Positions 29,915 to 37,871 of a stretch of 64,000 bases of DNA are shown here, one piece after another. Location of the stretch: assembly GCA_963612845.1 (NCBI GenBank), contig CAVDWO010000002.1, forward strand, positions 15,335-79,334, written 5' to 3'. The notes under the pieces were generated by a model. The model did not search any database, was not told the DNA's origin, and was given only the letters and a program-made list of their open reading frames with translations. Source of the DNA: Alistipes onderdonkii (GTDB lineage Bacteria; Bacillota; Clostridia; Oscillospirales; Oscillospiraceae). Numbering within the stretch: the first letter of the stretch is position 1; the number at the start of each line of letters is the position of its first letter. The translations under genes and the position numbers were made by a program.

Positions 29915-30109
29915 ATGGATATTGACCTCGTGTTCAAGATCGCGGCGGTGGGCATTATCGTCGCCGTGCTCAACCAGCTTCTCGTGCGCTCGGACCGCCC
30001 GGATCAGGCGATGCTCGTGAGCCTTGCGGGGCTGGTCACGACGATGATGCTGCTCGTGCGGGAGATCAGCTCACTGTTCGAGCTGGTCAAGAGCCTGTTC
30101 GGATTTTAG
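29915..30109 (+). CDS. spoIIIAC: Stage III sporulation protein AC
   Basis: MDIDLVFKIAAVGIIVAVLNQLL..LAGL. Confidence 0.95.
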   Translation: MDIDLVFKIAAVGIIVAVLNQLLVRSDRPDQAMLVSLAGLVTTMMLLVREISSLFELVKSLFGF

Positions 30110-30110
30110 C

Positions 30111-30497
30111 ATGGAGCTGCTGATCAGACTGACGGCGCTGAGCCTGTGCGTGTGCGCGATGGCGGCGCTGCTGAAGCGGCGCGACGAGACGCTCGCGCTC
30201 ATGCTGACGCTCTCGGCGGTGCTCGCGGGCTGCGCGCTGCTGCCGGACACGGTCTCGGAGCTGGCGGCGTTTTGCAGCCGCGCGGTCGAGCTGACGGGGC
30301 TTTCCGCGGCGCTCTTTCTGCCGCTGGCGAAGGTCGTGGCGATCGCGCTGGTCGCACGGTTTTCCTGCGCGCTGTGCGCCGACGCGGGACAGAGCGCGCT
30401 CTCCGCGCTGCTGGAGACGGCGGGGGCGTTCTGCGCCCTCGTGTGTGCGCTGCCGCTGCTGGAGGCGCTGCTCGCGCTGGCGGAGGGATTGCTGTGA
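30111..30497 (+). CDS. spoIIIAD: Stage III sporulation protein AD
   Basis: LCADAGQSAL motif; position. Confidence 0.9.
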   Translation: MELLIRLTALSLCVCAMAALLKRRDETLALMLTLSAVLAGCALLPDTVSELAAFCSRAVELTGLSAALFLPLAKVVAIALVARFSCALCADAGQSALSALLETAGAFCALVCALPLLEALLALAEGLL

Positions 30498-31561
30498 AAC
30501 GGCTGATACTGCTGCTCTGCGCGCTCGGCGCGCTCTGTCTGCCGGTGCGCGCCGCCGAGCTGCCGGAGGAGCTGGGCGGCGCGGTTCCGTCCGAGCTGCT
30601 CGACGGCGCGCGGGACGGGGACGACCTCGTGGCGCGCGGCGCGGACTATCTGTGCGGAATGTTGGGCGGCGCGCTGGAGGACGCGGTCCTCCCGGCTCTG
30701 CGCGCTGCCGCGGCGCTGATGCTGCTCTCGCTGCTGTGCGGACTGGTCGAGGGGACGGCGGTGGGCGCAGGCGAGCAGGGGACGCGCTGCGTCGCGCTCG
30801 CCGGTGTGCTGGGCGCGGCGGCGCTCTCGGCGGGCGATCTGAGCACGCTGATCGGACTCGGCGTGGAGACGGTGGACGAGCTTTTCACGGCGGCGAAGCT
30901 CCTTGTTCCGACACTTGCCGCAGCCATGGCGGGCGGCGGCTGCGTGAGCGCGGCGAGCGCGTGGCAGGTCGGGGCGCTGGCGATGTGCGAGATCTTCCTC
31001 GCGCTGCTGCGCGGCTGCTTCGTTCCGGCGCTCTACTGCATGATCGGCGCGGCGGCGGCGGGCGCGCTGCTGCCGGAGAGCAGGCTCACGCTGCTCTCCG
31101 AGGGAATCGGCAAGCTGCTCTCTTGGGCGCTGGGCGCGCTGCTGTTCGCCTTCACGGGCTTCCTGTCGCTGAGCGGACTGCTGGCAGGCTCCGCCGACCG
31201 CGTTTCCGTCCGCATCGGGAAGACGGTGATCTCCGGCGCAGTGCCGGTCGTGGGCGGGATCCTGTCGGACACGGCGGAGGCGCTCCTTGCCGGCGCGGAC
31301 GCGCTGCGCGGGACGATCGGGACGCTCGGCATCTTCACGGTGCTCGCGCTCTGCATGGCGCCGCTGCTGCGCCTTGCCGCGCAGTACGTGCTCTACCGCC
31401 TGACCGCGTTTTTCTGCGGCATGACGGGCAGCGAAGCGCTGCGAGGCTTCCTTGAGCAGCTTTCCTCCGCCTTCGCGCTGATGCTGGCGATGACGGCGGG
31501 CGGGGCGTTCGTGCTGCTCGCGGCGCTGATGATCGCGATAAGGATGGTGATGCCGGCATGA
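30494..31561 (+). CDS. spoIIIAE: Stage III sporulation protein AE
   Basis: Multi-TM, VPVVGGILSD motif; GTGA overlap with spoIIIAD. Confidence 0.9.
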   Translation: MKRLILLLCALGALCLPVRAAELPEELGGAVPSELLDGARDGDDLVARGADYLCGMLGGALEDAVLPALRAAAALMLLSLLCGLVEGTAVGAGEQGTRCVALAGVLGAAALSAGDLSTLIGLGVETVDELFTAAKLLVPTLAAAMAGGGCVSAASAWQVGALAMCEIFLALLRGCFVPALYCMIGAAAAGALLPESRLTLLSEGIGKLLSWALGALLFAFTGFLSLSGLLAGSADRVSVRIGKTVISGAVPVVGGILSDTAEALLAGADALRGTIGTLGIFTVLALCMAPLLRLAAQYVLYRLTAFFCGMTGSEALRGFLEQLSSAFALMLAMTAGGAFVLLAALMIAIRMVMPA

Positions 31562-32043
31562 TGCTCGTGCGCGCATGGCTGCTGGGGGTGATCGCCTGCG
31601 CGGTGCTCGTGAGCGCCGCGCAAAGCCTGACGGACGGCGGCGCGCTGCGGCGCGCGGTCCGCTTTGCGGGAGGGCTGCTGCTGATGCTCGCGATGCTGCG
31701 CCCGCTGCTTTCGGTGGAGTTTCCCGTTCGGGAGACGGCGCTCGACGGCTACCGCGCCGCCGTGGAGGAGCTGGAGCGCGAGCTTTCCGCGCAGCGGGAG
31801 GAATCGCTCTCGGGCGGCATAGCCGCCGCGACCGCCGCATATATTGAGGACAAAGCAGACGAGTTGGGCGTGAGCGTCCGCGCGTCCGTCACGGTGGAGG
31901 AGAAGGACGGCGTCCCGCTGCCGGCGGACGTGACGCTCTATGGGCAGCGGAGCGAGGCGCTCGCGGCGTACCTCGCGGACGAACTCGGGATCACGGAGGA
32001 GCATCAGACATGGATCGCATCAAAGGAGGACGGCTCCGGCTGA
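31558..32043 (+). CDS. spoIIIAF: Stage III sporulation protein AF
   Basis: VRFAGGLLL..LRPL; position. Confidence 0.8.
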   Translation: MMLVRAWLLGVIACAVLVSAAQSLTDGGALRRAVRFAGGLLLMLAMLRPLLSVEFPVRETALDGYRAAVEELERELSAQREESLSGGIAAATAAYIEDKADELGVSVRASVTVEEKDGVPLPADVTLYGQRSEALAAYLADELGITEEHQTWIASKEDGSG

Positions 32044-32543
32044 GCGCGGCGCTCGCCGCCGCCGGAAAATACCGCTACGTGCTGCTGAGCGCGGCGCTCG
32101 GAGCGTTTTTACTGCTGCTGCCGCACGGCGGCGGGGAGGAGAGCGCGCCGTCGGACACCGCTGCCGCCGACTTCGACCGCCTTGCCCTTCAGGAGGAGAT
32201 GGAGGATATCCTCTCCCGGCTCGACGGCGTCGGCAGGCTCTCGCTGATGCTCACCGTCGACGGCGGGGGAGAGTATGAGCTTGCGCGGGACGAGAGCGCG
32301 TCGAGCAGGAGCCGCGGCGGTGCGGACGAGGAGGAAACGACAAAGAGCGAGACCGTCGTGCTCGGCAGCGGCAGCGCCGCGGAGGTCGTCGTCACGCAGA
32401 GCCGCTACCCGCGCTTTGTCGGCGCGCTCGTCGTGTGCGAGGGCGGCGGGAGCGCCTCGGTGCGCTTTTCTGTGACGCAGGCGGTCGGCGCGCTCACGGG
32501 TCTGAGCGCAGACCGGATCACCGTCGTCAGGGGAACGCCATGA
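32010..32543 (+). CDS. spoIIIAG: Stage III sporulation protein AG
   Basis: ILSRLDGVG..MLT, PRFVGALVVCEGG, LSADRITV. Confidence 0.88.
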   Translation: MDRIKGGRLRLSAALAAAGKYRYVLLSAALGAFLLLLPHGGGEESAPSDTAAADFDRLALQEEMEDILSRLDGVGRLSLMLTVDGGGEYELARDESASSRSRGGADEEETTKSETVVLGSGSAAEVVVTQSRYPRFVGALVVCEGGGSASVRFSVTQAVGALTGLSADRITVVRGTP

Positions 32544-32590
32544 AGCTGGTCGTTTTTTATCATCAACAAAAAAGCAGGGAGGAAACAGGC

Positions 32591-33127
32591 ATGAAGAAGT
32601 TATGGAAGCGGAACGCGGTGGTCGCGGCGGTGCTGGTGCTCGTCTGCGCGGCGATCTATCTCAACGGGCGCTACGCCGATCAGGTCGAGCAGCCGGCGAA
32701 GGTGCTCGGGCAGGCGCAGCAGGTGGACACGGCGGACGCGGAGGCGGCGGAGGTATCCGGCGAGGCGGATGGCTCAGACTATTTCGCCTCGGCGCGCCTG
32801 ACGCGCAAGCAGGCGCGCGACAGCGCCCTGTCACTGCTCAAGGAGGCGAGCGAGAACGAGAGCGTGGACGAGCAGACGGCGAGCGAGGCGGCGAAAAGCA
32901 TCCAGACGCTCGCGTCCTACACGCTCAGTGAGGCGCAGATCGAGAACATGATCACCGCCAAGGGCTATGAGGACTGCGTGGTATTCCTCTCCGAGGACGG
33001 CGTGAGCGTCGTCGTATCGACGGGAGAGGACGGCTTGCAGACCGAGGACGTCGCCCGCATCACGGATATCGTCAAGCAGGAAACGGGCTTTGCCGCAGAG
33101 TGCATCAAGATCCTTGAGGTAAATTAG
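32591..33127 (+). CDS. spoIIIAH: Stage III sporulation protein AH
   Basis: DYFASARLTR, IENMITAKGYEDCVV. Confidence 0.9.
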   Translation: MKKLWKRNAVVAAVLVLVCAAIYLNGRYADQVEQPAKVLGQAQQVDTADAEAAEVSGEADGSDYFASARLTRKQARDSALSLLKEASENESVDEQTASEAAKSIQTLASYTLSEAQIENMITAKGYEDCVVFLSEDGVSVVVSTGEDGLQTEDVARITDIVKQETGFAAECIKILEVN

Positions 33128-33138
33128 CGATTTAGCTG

Positions 33139-33167
33139 TTGTATTTTTCAGAAAGTGATGGTAGAAT
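33139..33167 (+). promoter_or_regulatory. SigA promoter of asp23-nusB
   Basis: TTGTAT-17-TAGAAT with extended TG. Confidence 0.65.
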
Positions 33168-33210
33168 ACTCTTCGACATCGTGAGATTCAAGCAAGGAGA
33201 GGACACACGA

Positions 33211-33588
33211 ATGGCTGAGAATCGAGAGTATCTGACCCGCGGCGAGGAAAACGGCAGCATCAGCATCGCCGAGGACGTGGTCGCCGCCATCGTTGCCGAC
33301 GCGGTCGGCGAGATCGAGGGCGTCGGTCCCATGTGCCAGAACATGACCGAGCAGATCACCGAGCAGTTCACGGGGAAGAAAGCCCTGCGCGGCGTGCGCG
33401 CCGAGCTGCAGGACGGTGAGATCGTCGTGGACGTTTACCTGATGGTGCGCTACGGCTACGCGATCCCCGAGACCGCGCGCAAGGTGCAGGACGGCGTTTC
33501 CGCCGCGGTCGGCGGTATGACCGGCTACGGCGTGCGCGCCGTCAACGTTCACGTCGGCGGCATCAGCTTCAATCAAGAGAAAGAGTAA
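33211..33588 (+). CDS. Asp23/Gls24 family protein (YqhY-like)
   Basis: GSISIAEDVVAAI, YGYAIP..VQ, VNVHVGGI; precedes nusB. Confidence 0.9.
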   Translation: MAENREYLTRGEENGSISIAEDVVAAIVADAVGEIEGVGPMCQNMTEQITEQFTGKKALRGVRAELQDGEIVVDVYLMVRYGYAIPETARKVQDGVSAAVGGMTGYGVRAVNVHVGGISFNQEKE

Positions 33589-33601
33589 GGACGCAACACG
33601 A

Positions 33602-34057
33602 ATGATTCGCAATACGGCGCGAGAGATCGCGGTTCATCTGGCATATGAGCTGAGCTTTACCGACAAAACGCCGCAGCAGCTGCTCGACGAGCGGCTGAAG
33701 CGGGAATACTTTGAATCCCTTGGGGAGGAGGACGCCGTTTACCAGAAGGCGCCCGGCGCGGCGCAGGCGGAGTATATCCGTTCGATCGTCGCGGGCGTTG
33801 CCGGCCACGCGCCGGAGCTGGACGGCTACATCGCCAAATACGCCAAGGGCTGGAGCTTCGAGCGTATCCCGCTCGTCGCCTCGGCGATCATGCGCGTGGC
33901 GATGTACGAATCGCTCTACCGGGACGATATCCCCACGAGCGTCGCCATCAACGAAGCGGTGGAGATCGCCAAGAAGTACGAGACGCCGGAGACGGTGAAG
34001 TTCATCAACGGCATTCTCGGCAGCTTCGCGCGCGGCGAGCTGAACGCGGAGAACTGA
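33602..34057 (+). CDS. nusB: Transcription antitermination factor NusB
   Basis: RNTARE, WSFERI, INEAVEIAKKY, FINGILG. Confidence 0.96.
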   Translation: MIRNTAREIAVHLAYELSFTDKTPQQLLDERLKREYFESLGEEDAVYQKAPGAAQAEYIRSIVAGVAGHAPELDGYIAKYAKGWSFERIPLVASAIMRVAMYESLYRDDIPTSVAINEAVEIAKKYETPETVKFINGILGSFARGELNAEN

Positions 34058-34062
34058 CAAGG

Positions 34063-34098
34063 AAGCAGAGTACCGCCTTTCGCGGCGCTCTGCTTTTC
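34063..34098 (+). terminator. Probable terminator after nusB
   Basis: AAGCAGAG..CCGC/GCGG..CTCTGCTTTT stem. Confidence 0.6.
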
Positions 34099-34146
34099 TG
34101 CAATAGCTGAAAAGGGAAAATACTTGACAGAGAGGGGCGGCACGGC

Positions 34147-35382
34147 ATGGAACAGCCGCAGATGATCTTCAGCGTGTCGGAGGCGAACAACTTCATCAAG
34201 GCGCTGCTCGACGCGGTGCCGCAGCTCCAGAATATCTGCGTGCGCGGTGAGATCTCGAACTATAAGCGCTACCCCTCGGGGCACCATTATTTCACGCTCA
34301 AGGACGAGGGCGGCGCGCTGCGCTGCGTGATGTTCCGCGGTATGGCGGCGGGGCTGCGCTTCCGGCCGGAGAACGGTATGAAGGTCATCGCCTTCGGGCG
34401 CATCGGCGTGTTCCCGCGCGACGGCGCGTACCAGCTCTACTGCTCCGCCCTGAGCGCGGAGGGCGCGGGCGACCTGCACGCCGCCTTCGAGCAGCTCAAG
34501 GCGAAGCTGGACAAAGAGGGGCTGTTCGACTCCGCGCACAAAAAGCCGCTGCCGCGCTGCCCGCGGCGCATCGCGCTCATCACCTCGCCCGCCGGCGCGG
34601 CGGTGCATGATATGCTGCGTATCCTGAACGCGCGCTGGCCGCTGTGCAAGGTCGTGCTCCTGCCCGTGCGCGTGCAGGGGGCGGAGGCGCCGCCGGAGAT
34701 CGCGGGCGCGCTGCGCTACGCGAATAAATGGCAGGTCGCCGACCTCATCATCACGGGGCGCGGCGGCGGGTCGATCGAGGACCTCTGGGCGTTCAACGAC
34801 GAGCGCGTGGCGCGTGCCATCTATGAATCGGAGATCCCCGTCATCTCCGCAGTGGGGCACGAGCCGGACGTGACGATCGCGGACTTTGCCGCCGACGTGC
34901 GCGCCGCGACGCCATCGAATGCGGCGGAGCTTGCCGTGCCGGACCGGCAGGAGGTGAAGCGGCGGCTCGACGTGCTGCGCGAGCGCATCGCGCGGAGCGA
35001 GCGCAAGCGGCTTGAGGAGCAGCGGGAGCGGTTCGACCGGCTCGCGCGCAGCCGCGCTTTGCGGGACCCCATGGCGTTTATCGACGATAAGCGCCAGCTG
35101 CTCGACTATACGCGGAAGGATCTCGCGTCCCTCGCGCAGGATCAGATGGCGCAGCGGGAGCAGCGCTTCACGGCGCTCGCGGCGAAGCTCGACGCGCTCA
35201 GCCCGCTCAAGGTGCTCGGACGCGGCTACGCGGTGGCGCGGAATGAAAAGGGGCAGATCCTGCGCGCGGCGCGGGAGGCTAAGCCCGGCGAAACGATCGA
35301 GGTATTGCTCGGGCAGGGGAGCCTTGCGTGTACGGTGGAGCGATGCAGCATGGGAGGAAACGATGATGGCAAAAACATTTGA
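34147..35382 (+). CDS. xseA: Exodeoxyribonuclease VII large subunit
   Basis: GEISN..SGHHYFTLKD, RGGGSIEDLWAFN, SAVGHEPD, TPSNAAE. Confidence 0.97.
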   Translation: MEQPQMIFSVSEANNFIKALLDAVPQLQNICVRGEISNYKRYPSGHHYFTLKDEGGALRCVMFRGMAAGLRFRPENGMKVIAFGRIGVFPRDGAYQLYCSALSAEGAGDLHAAFEQLKAKLDKEGLFDSAHKKPLPRCPRRIALITSPAGAAVHDMLRILNARWPLCKVVLLPVRVQGAEAPPEIAGALRYANKWQVADLIITGRGGGSIEDLWAFNDERVARAIYESEIPVISAVGHEPDVTIADFAADVRAATPSNAAELAVPDRQEVKRRLDVLRERIARSERKRLEEQRERFDRLARSRALRDPMAFIDDKRQLLDYTRKDLASLAQDQMAQREQRFTALAAKLDALSPLKVLGRGYAVARNEKGQILRAAREAKPGETIEVLLGQGSLACTVERCSMGGNDDGKNI

Positions 35383-35590
35383 AGACAATATCGCGCGGCT
35401 CGAGGAGATCGTGGCGGCGCTGGAAAAGGGCGACGCAAAGCTCGCCGAGTCCCTCAAGCTCTTTGAGGAGGGCACGAAGCTCGTGACGGACTGCGGCGCG
35501 ATGCTCGACAAGGCGGAGCAGAAGGTCGTGAAGCTCTCCCGCGGCGCGGACGGCGCGCCGGTCGAGAGCGCGTTTGAAGCGGAGGAGTGA
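35363..35590 (+). CDS. xseB: Exodeoxyribonuclease VII small subunit
   Basis: FEDNIARLEEIVAALE..SLKLFEEG. Confidence 0.95.
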   Translation: MMAKTFEDNIARLEEIVAALEKGDAKLAESLKLFEEGTKLVTDCGAMLDKAEQKVVKLSRGADGAPVESAFEAEE

Positions 35591-35593
35591 GCG

Positions 35594-36481
35594 ATGGACG
35601 AGAAGCTGTTTTCCGCGCGCATGGCGGAATACAAGGCGATGGTGGAGGGCTTTCTTTCCTCCTGCCTTGCGGATACGCGGCGCGCGAGCTACCACGAGCT
35701 GACCGATTCGATGCGCTACAGCCTGAACGCGGGCGGCAAGCGCCTGCGCCCGATCCTCGCGCTGGAATTCTGCCGCGTCTGCGGCGGCAGCGTCGAAGCG
35801 GCGCTGGGCGTAGCGTGCGGCGTCGAGATGCTGCACACCTATTCCCTGATCCACGACGATCTGCCCGTGATGGACGACGACGATCTGCGCCGCGGCAAGC
35901 CGTCGAACCACAAGGTCTTCGGCGAGTGTACGGCGACGCTCGCGGGAGACGCGCTGCAGGCGCTCGCCTTTGAAACGGTGCTGGGCGCGCCGCTGCCGCC
36001 GGAGCGCGCGCTGCGCTGCGCGCAGATCTTGGCGACCGCCGCCGGACACGAGGGCATCTGCGGCGGTCAGCAGCTCGACCTTGAATGGGAGGGCAGGGCG
36101 CTGCGCGCGCCGGAGCTGGAGGAGATCTACCGCCGCAAGACGGGCGCGCTGCTCCGCGCGGCGTGTCTGATGGGCGCTGCCGCAGCCGGCGGCACGGCGG
36201 AGCAGGAGCGCGCGGCGGCAGCATACGGCGAGCATTTCGGCTATGCCTTCCAGCTGCGCGACGACGTGCTCGACGTGATCGGCGACGAGAAGACGTTCGG
36301 CAAGCCCATCGGCTCGGACCGCGAGGAGGGGAAGACGACGGGCGTCGACCTCTTCGGCATCGACGGCTGCCGCGAGCGGATCGCCGAAAGCTCGCGCGCG
36401 GCGGAGGACGCGCTCGCAGGGCTTCCCGACGCGGATTTCCTGCGGCATCTCGTCCATGTGCTCGAAGCGCGGGATAAATGA
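35594..36481 (+). CDS. ispA: Farnesyl diphosphate synthase
   Basis: GGKRLRP, HDDLPVMDDDDLRRG, FQLRDD. Confidence 0.95.
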   Translation: MDEKLFSARMAEYKAMVEGFLSSCLADTRRASYHELTDSMRYSLNAGGKRLRPILALEFCRVCGGSVEAALGVACGVEMLHTYSLIHDDLPVMDDDDLRRGKPSNHKVFGECTATLAGDALQALAFETVLGAPLPPERALRCAQILATAAGHEGICGGQQLDLEWEGRALRAPELEEIYRRKTGALLRAACLMGAAAAGGTAEQERAAAAYGEHFGYAFQLRDDVLDVIGDEKTFGKPIGSDREEGKTTGVDLFGIDGCRERIAESSRAAEDALAGLPDADFLRHLVHVLEARDK

Positions 36482-36544
36482 GCGGTAAATTTCGTGCATT
36501 TGCAAAAAAAGACGCGCAGGAGTGAAAAAATATGAATTTTCCGG

Positions 36545-36573
36545 TTGACAAGCGGGAGCGATGGTGCTACCAT
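36545..36573 (+). promoter_or_regulatory. SigA promoter of met leader/metQNI
   Basis: TTGACA-17-TACCAT with extended TG. Confidence 0.8.
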
Positions 36574-36626
36574 ACGCACAGCGCGGGAGCCGTGAGCGCC
36601 CGCAGCTGAGTTTCAGAAAGGAAACA

Positions 36627-36743
36627 ATGGGCATGAAGAACTTCGCCGTCAACTCCATGATGATGTCCGAGATGCGCATGATGTCTGTCATGTGCATGCT
36701 TCGCCATGGAGAAAACGGTCATTTCCTTTCAGAAACTGTCTGA
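36627..36743 (+). CDS. Met-rich leader peptide (38 aa, 10 Met), putative attenuator peptide
   Basis: SD GAAAGGA; MGMKNFAVNSMMMSEMRMMSVMCMLRHGENGHFLSETV; upstream of methionine transporter and a terminator. Confidence 0.85.
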   Translation: MGMKNFAVNSMMMSEMRMMSVMCMLRHGENGHFLSETV

Positions 36744-36761
36744 TATACCGGCGCACGAACG

Positions 36762-36800
36762 ACAGCGGAAGGTCAATGACCTCCCGCTGTTTTTTATTTT
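36762..36800 (+). terminator. Attenuator terminator in metQ leader
   Basis: ACAGCGGAAGGTC-AAT-GACCTCCCGCTGT then TTTTTATTTT; competing antiterminator strand at 36717-36740. Confidence 0.9.
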
Positions 36801-36952
36801 CCGATGTGAAAGGAGCAGATACCATGCGCAGCTTTCAACTGTACAGGGACGACCGAATGTGTCCGCAGGACACTGCGGGATAGGAATAAGAATGCAGCAT
36901 CATCGCTGAGCGATCCAAATAAATAAAATCATTTCATAAGGAGAACAAAACA

Positions 36953-37849
36953 ATGAAGAAGAATTCTGTCAAGCTCACCGCGCTCGTACTGGCGCTCGTG
37001 CTCACCGCCGCGCTCGCCCTGACCGGCTGCGGCTCTAAGGATACCGCCGCTGACGACTCCGGCGACAGCGCCCCCGTCATTCAGATCGCCGTCCCCAACG
37101 ACACCACCAACGAAGCGCGCGCGCTGCTGCTGCTTGAAGCCAACGGCATCATCAAGCTCAAGGACGGCGCTGGCATCACCGCCACCAAGAACGACATCGC
37201 CGAGAATCCGTACAACGTTGAGATCGTTGAGACCGAAGCCGCGGCGATCCCCAACGTCCTGCAGGACGTTGACTATGCCGTCATCAACTCCAACTACGCC
37301 ATCAACGCGGGGCTGAACCCTGTCGAGGATTCGCTCGCCATCGAAGGCTCCTCCTCGGCTTACGCCAATATCCTTGCCGTCAAGGAGGGCAACGAGACCT
37401 CCCCCAAGACGCTCGCGCTGATCGCAGCGCTTGAGAGCCAGCAGGTCGCCGACTTCATCGAAGAGAAGTATGCTGGCGCCGTTGTGAGCACCGTGGAGAA
37501 CCCGACCGACGGCTACGACGCCACCGTTGACTACGCCGCGCTCGCCGGCGAGACCATCTCCGTCGCCGCGTCCCCGACGCCGCACGCCGAGATCCTTGAG
37601 GTCGCCAAGGAGCTCCTCGCCGCCAAGGACATCACCCTTGATATCCAGACCTACAACGACTACGTCGTGCCCAACACCGTGGTCGAGGACGGCACCGCGG
37701 ACGCCAACTACTTCCAGCACACCCCGTACCTTGACGACTTCAACGCCGAAAAGGGCACGCACATCGTCTCCGTCGCCGCGATCCACGTTGAACCCATGGG
37801 TCTCTACGGCGGCAAGCAGACCACGCTCGACGCGCTGAGCGCGCAGTAA
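36953..37849 (+). CDS. metQ: Methionine ABC transporter lipoprotein MetQ/NlpA, circularly permuted
   Basis: Lipobox LTGC; IAVPNDTTNEARAL, AVINSNYA, ASPTPHAEIL, DANYFQH, HVEPMGLY motifs in swapped order. Confidence 0.93.
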   Translation: MKKNSVKLTALVLALVLTAALALTGCGSKDTAADDSGDSAPVIQIAVPNDTTNEARALLLLEANGIIKLKDGAGITATKNDIAENPYNVEIVETEAAAIPNVLQDVDYAVINSNYAINAGLNPVEDSLAIEGSSSAYANILAVKEGNETSPKTLALIAALESQQVADFIEEKYAGAVVSTVENPTDGYDATVDYAALAGETISVAASPTPHAEILEVAKELLAAKDITLDIQTYNDYVVPNTVVEDGTADANYFQHTPYLDDFNAEKGTHIVSVAAIHVEPMGLYGGKQTTLDALSAQ

Positions 37850-37871
37850 CAGCAGAAAGGAGGGAGCGTCC

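Noticed and set aside
36561..36626. Longer 60-aa version of the Met leader
   Set aside because: Its ATG lies inside the promoter spacer, upstream of the predicted transcription start.
36574..36952. S-box or T-box riboswitch upstream of metQ
   Set aside because: I found no SAM-I core motifs (TTATC..AGA, GCAACC, GGTGC..A.TCC) and no T-box GGTGGTACCGCG. The uORF and helices explain the region better. An Rfam scan is still needed.
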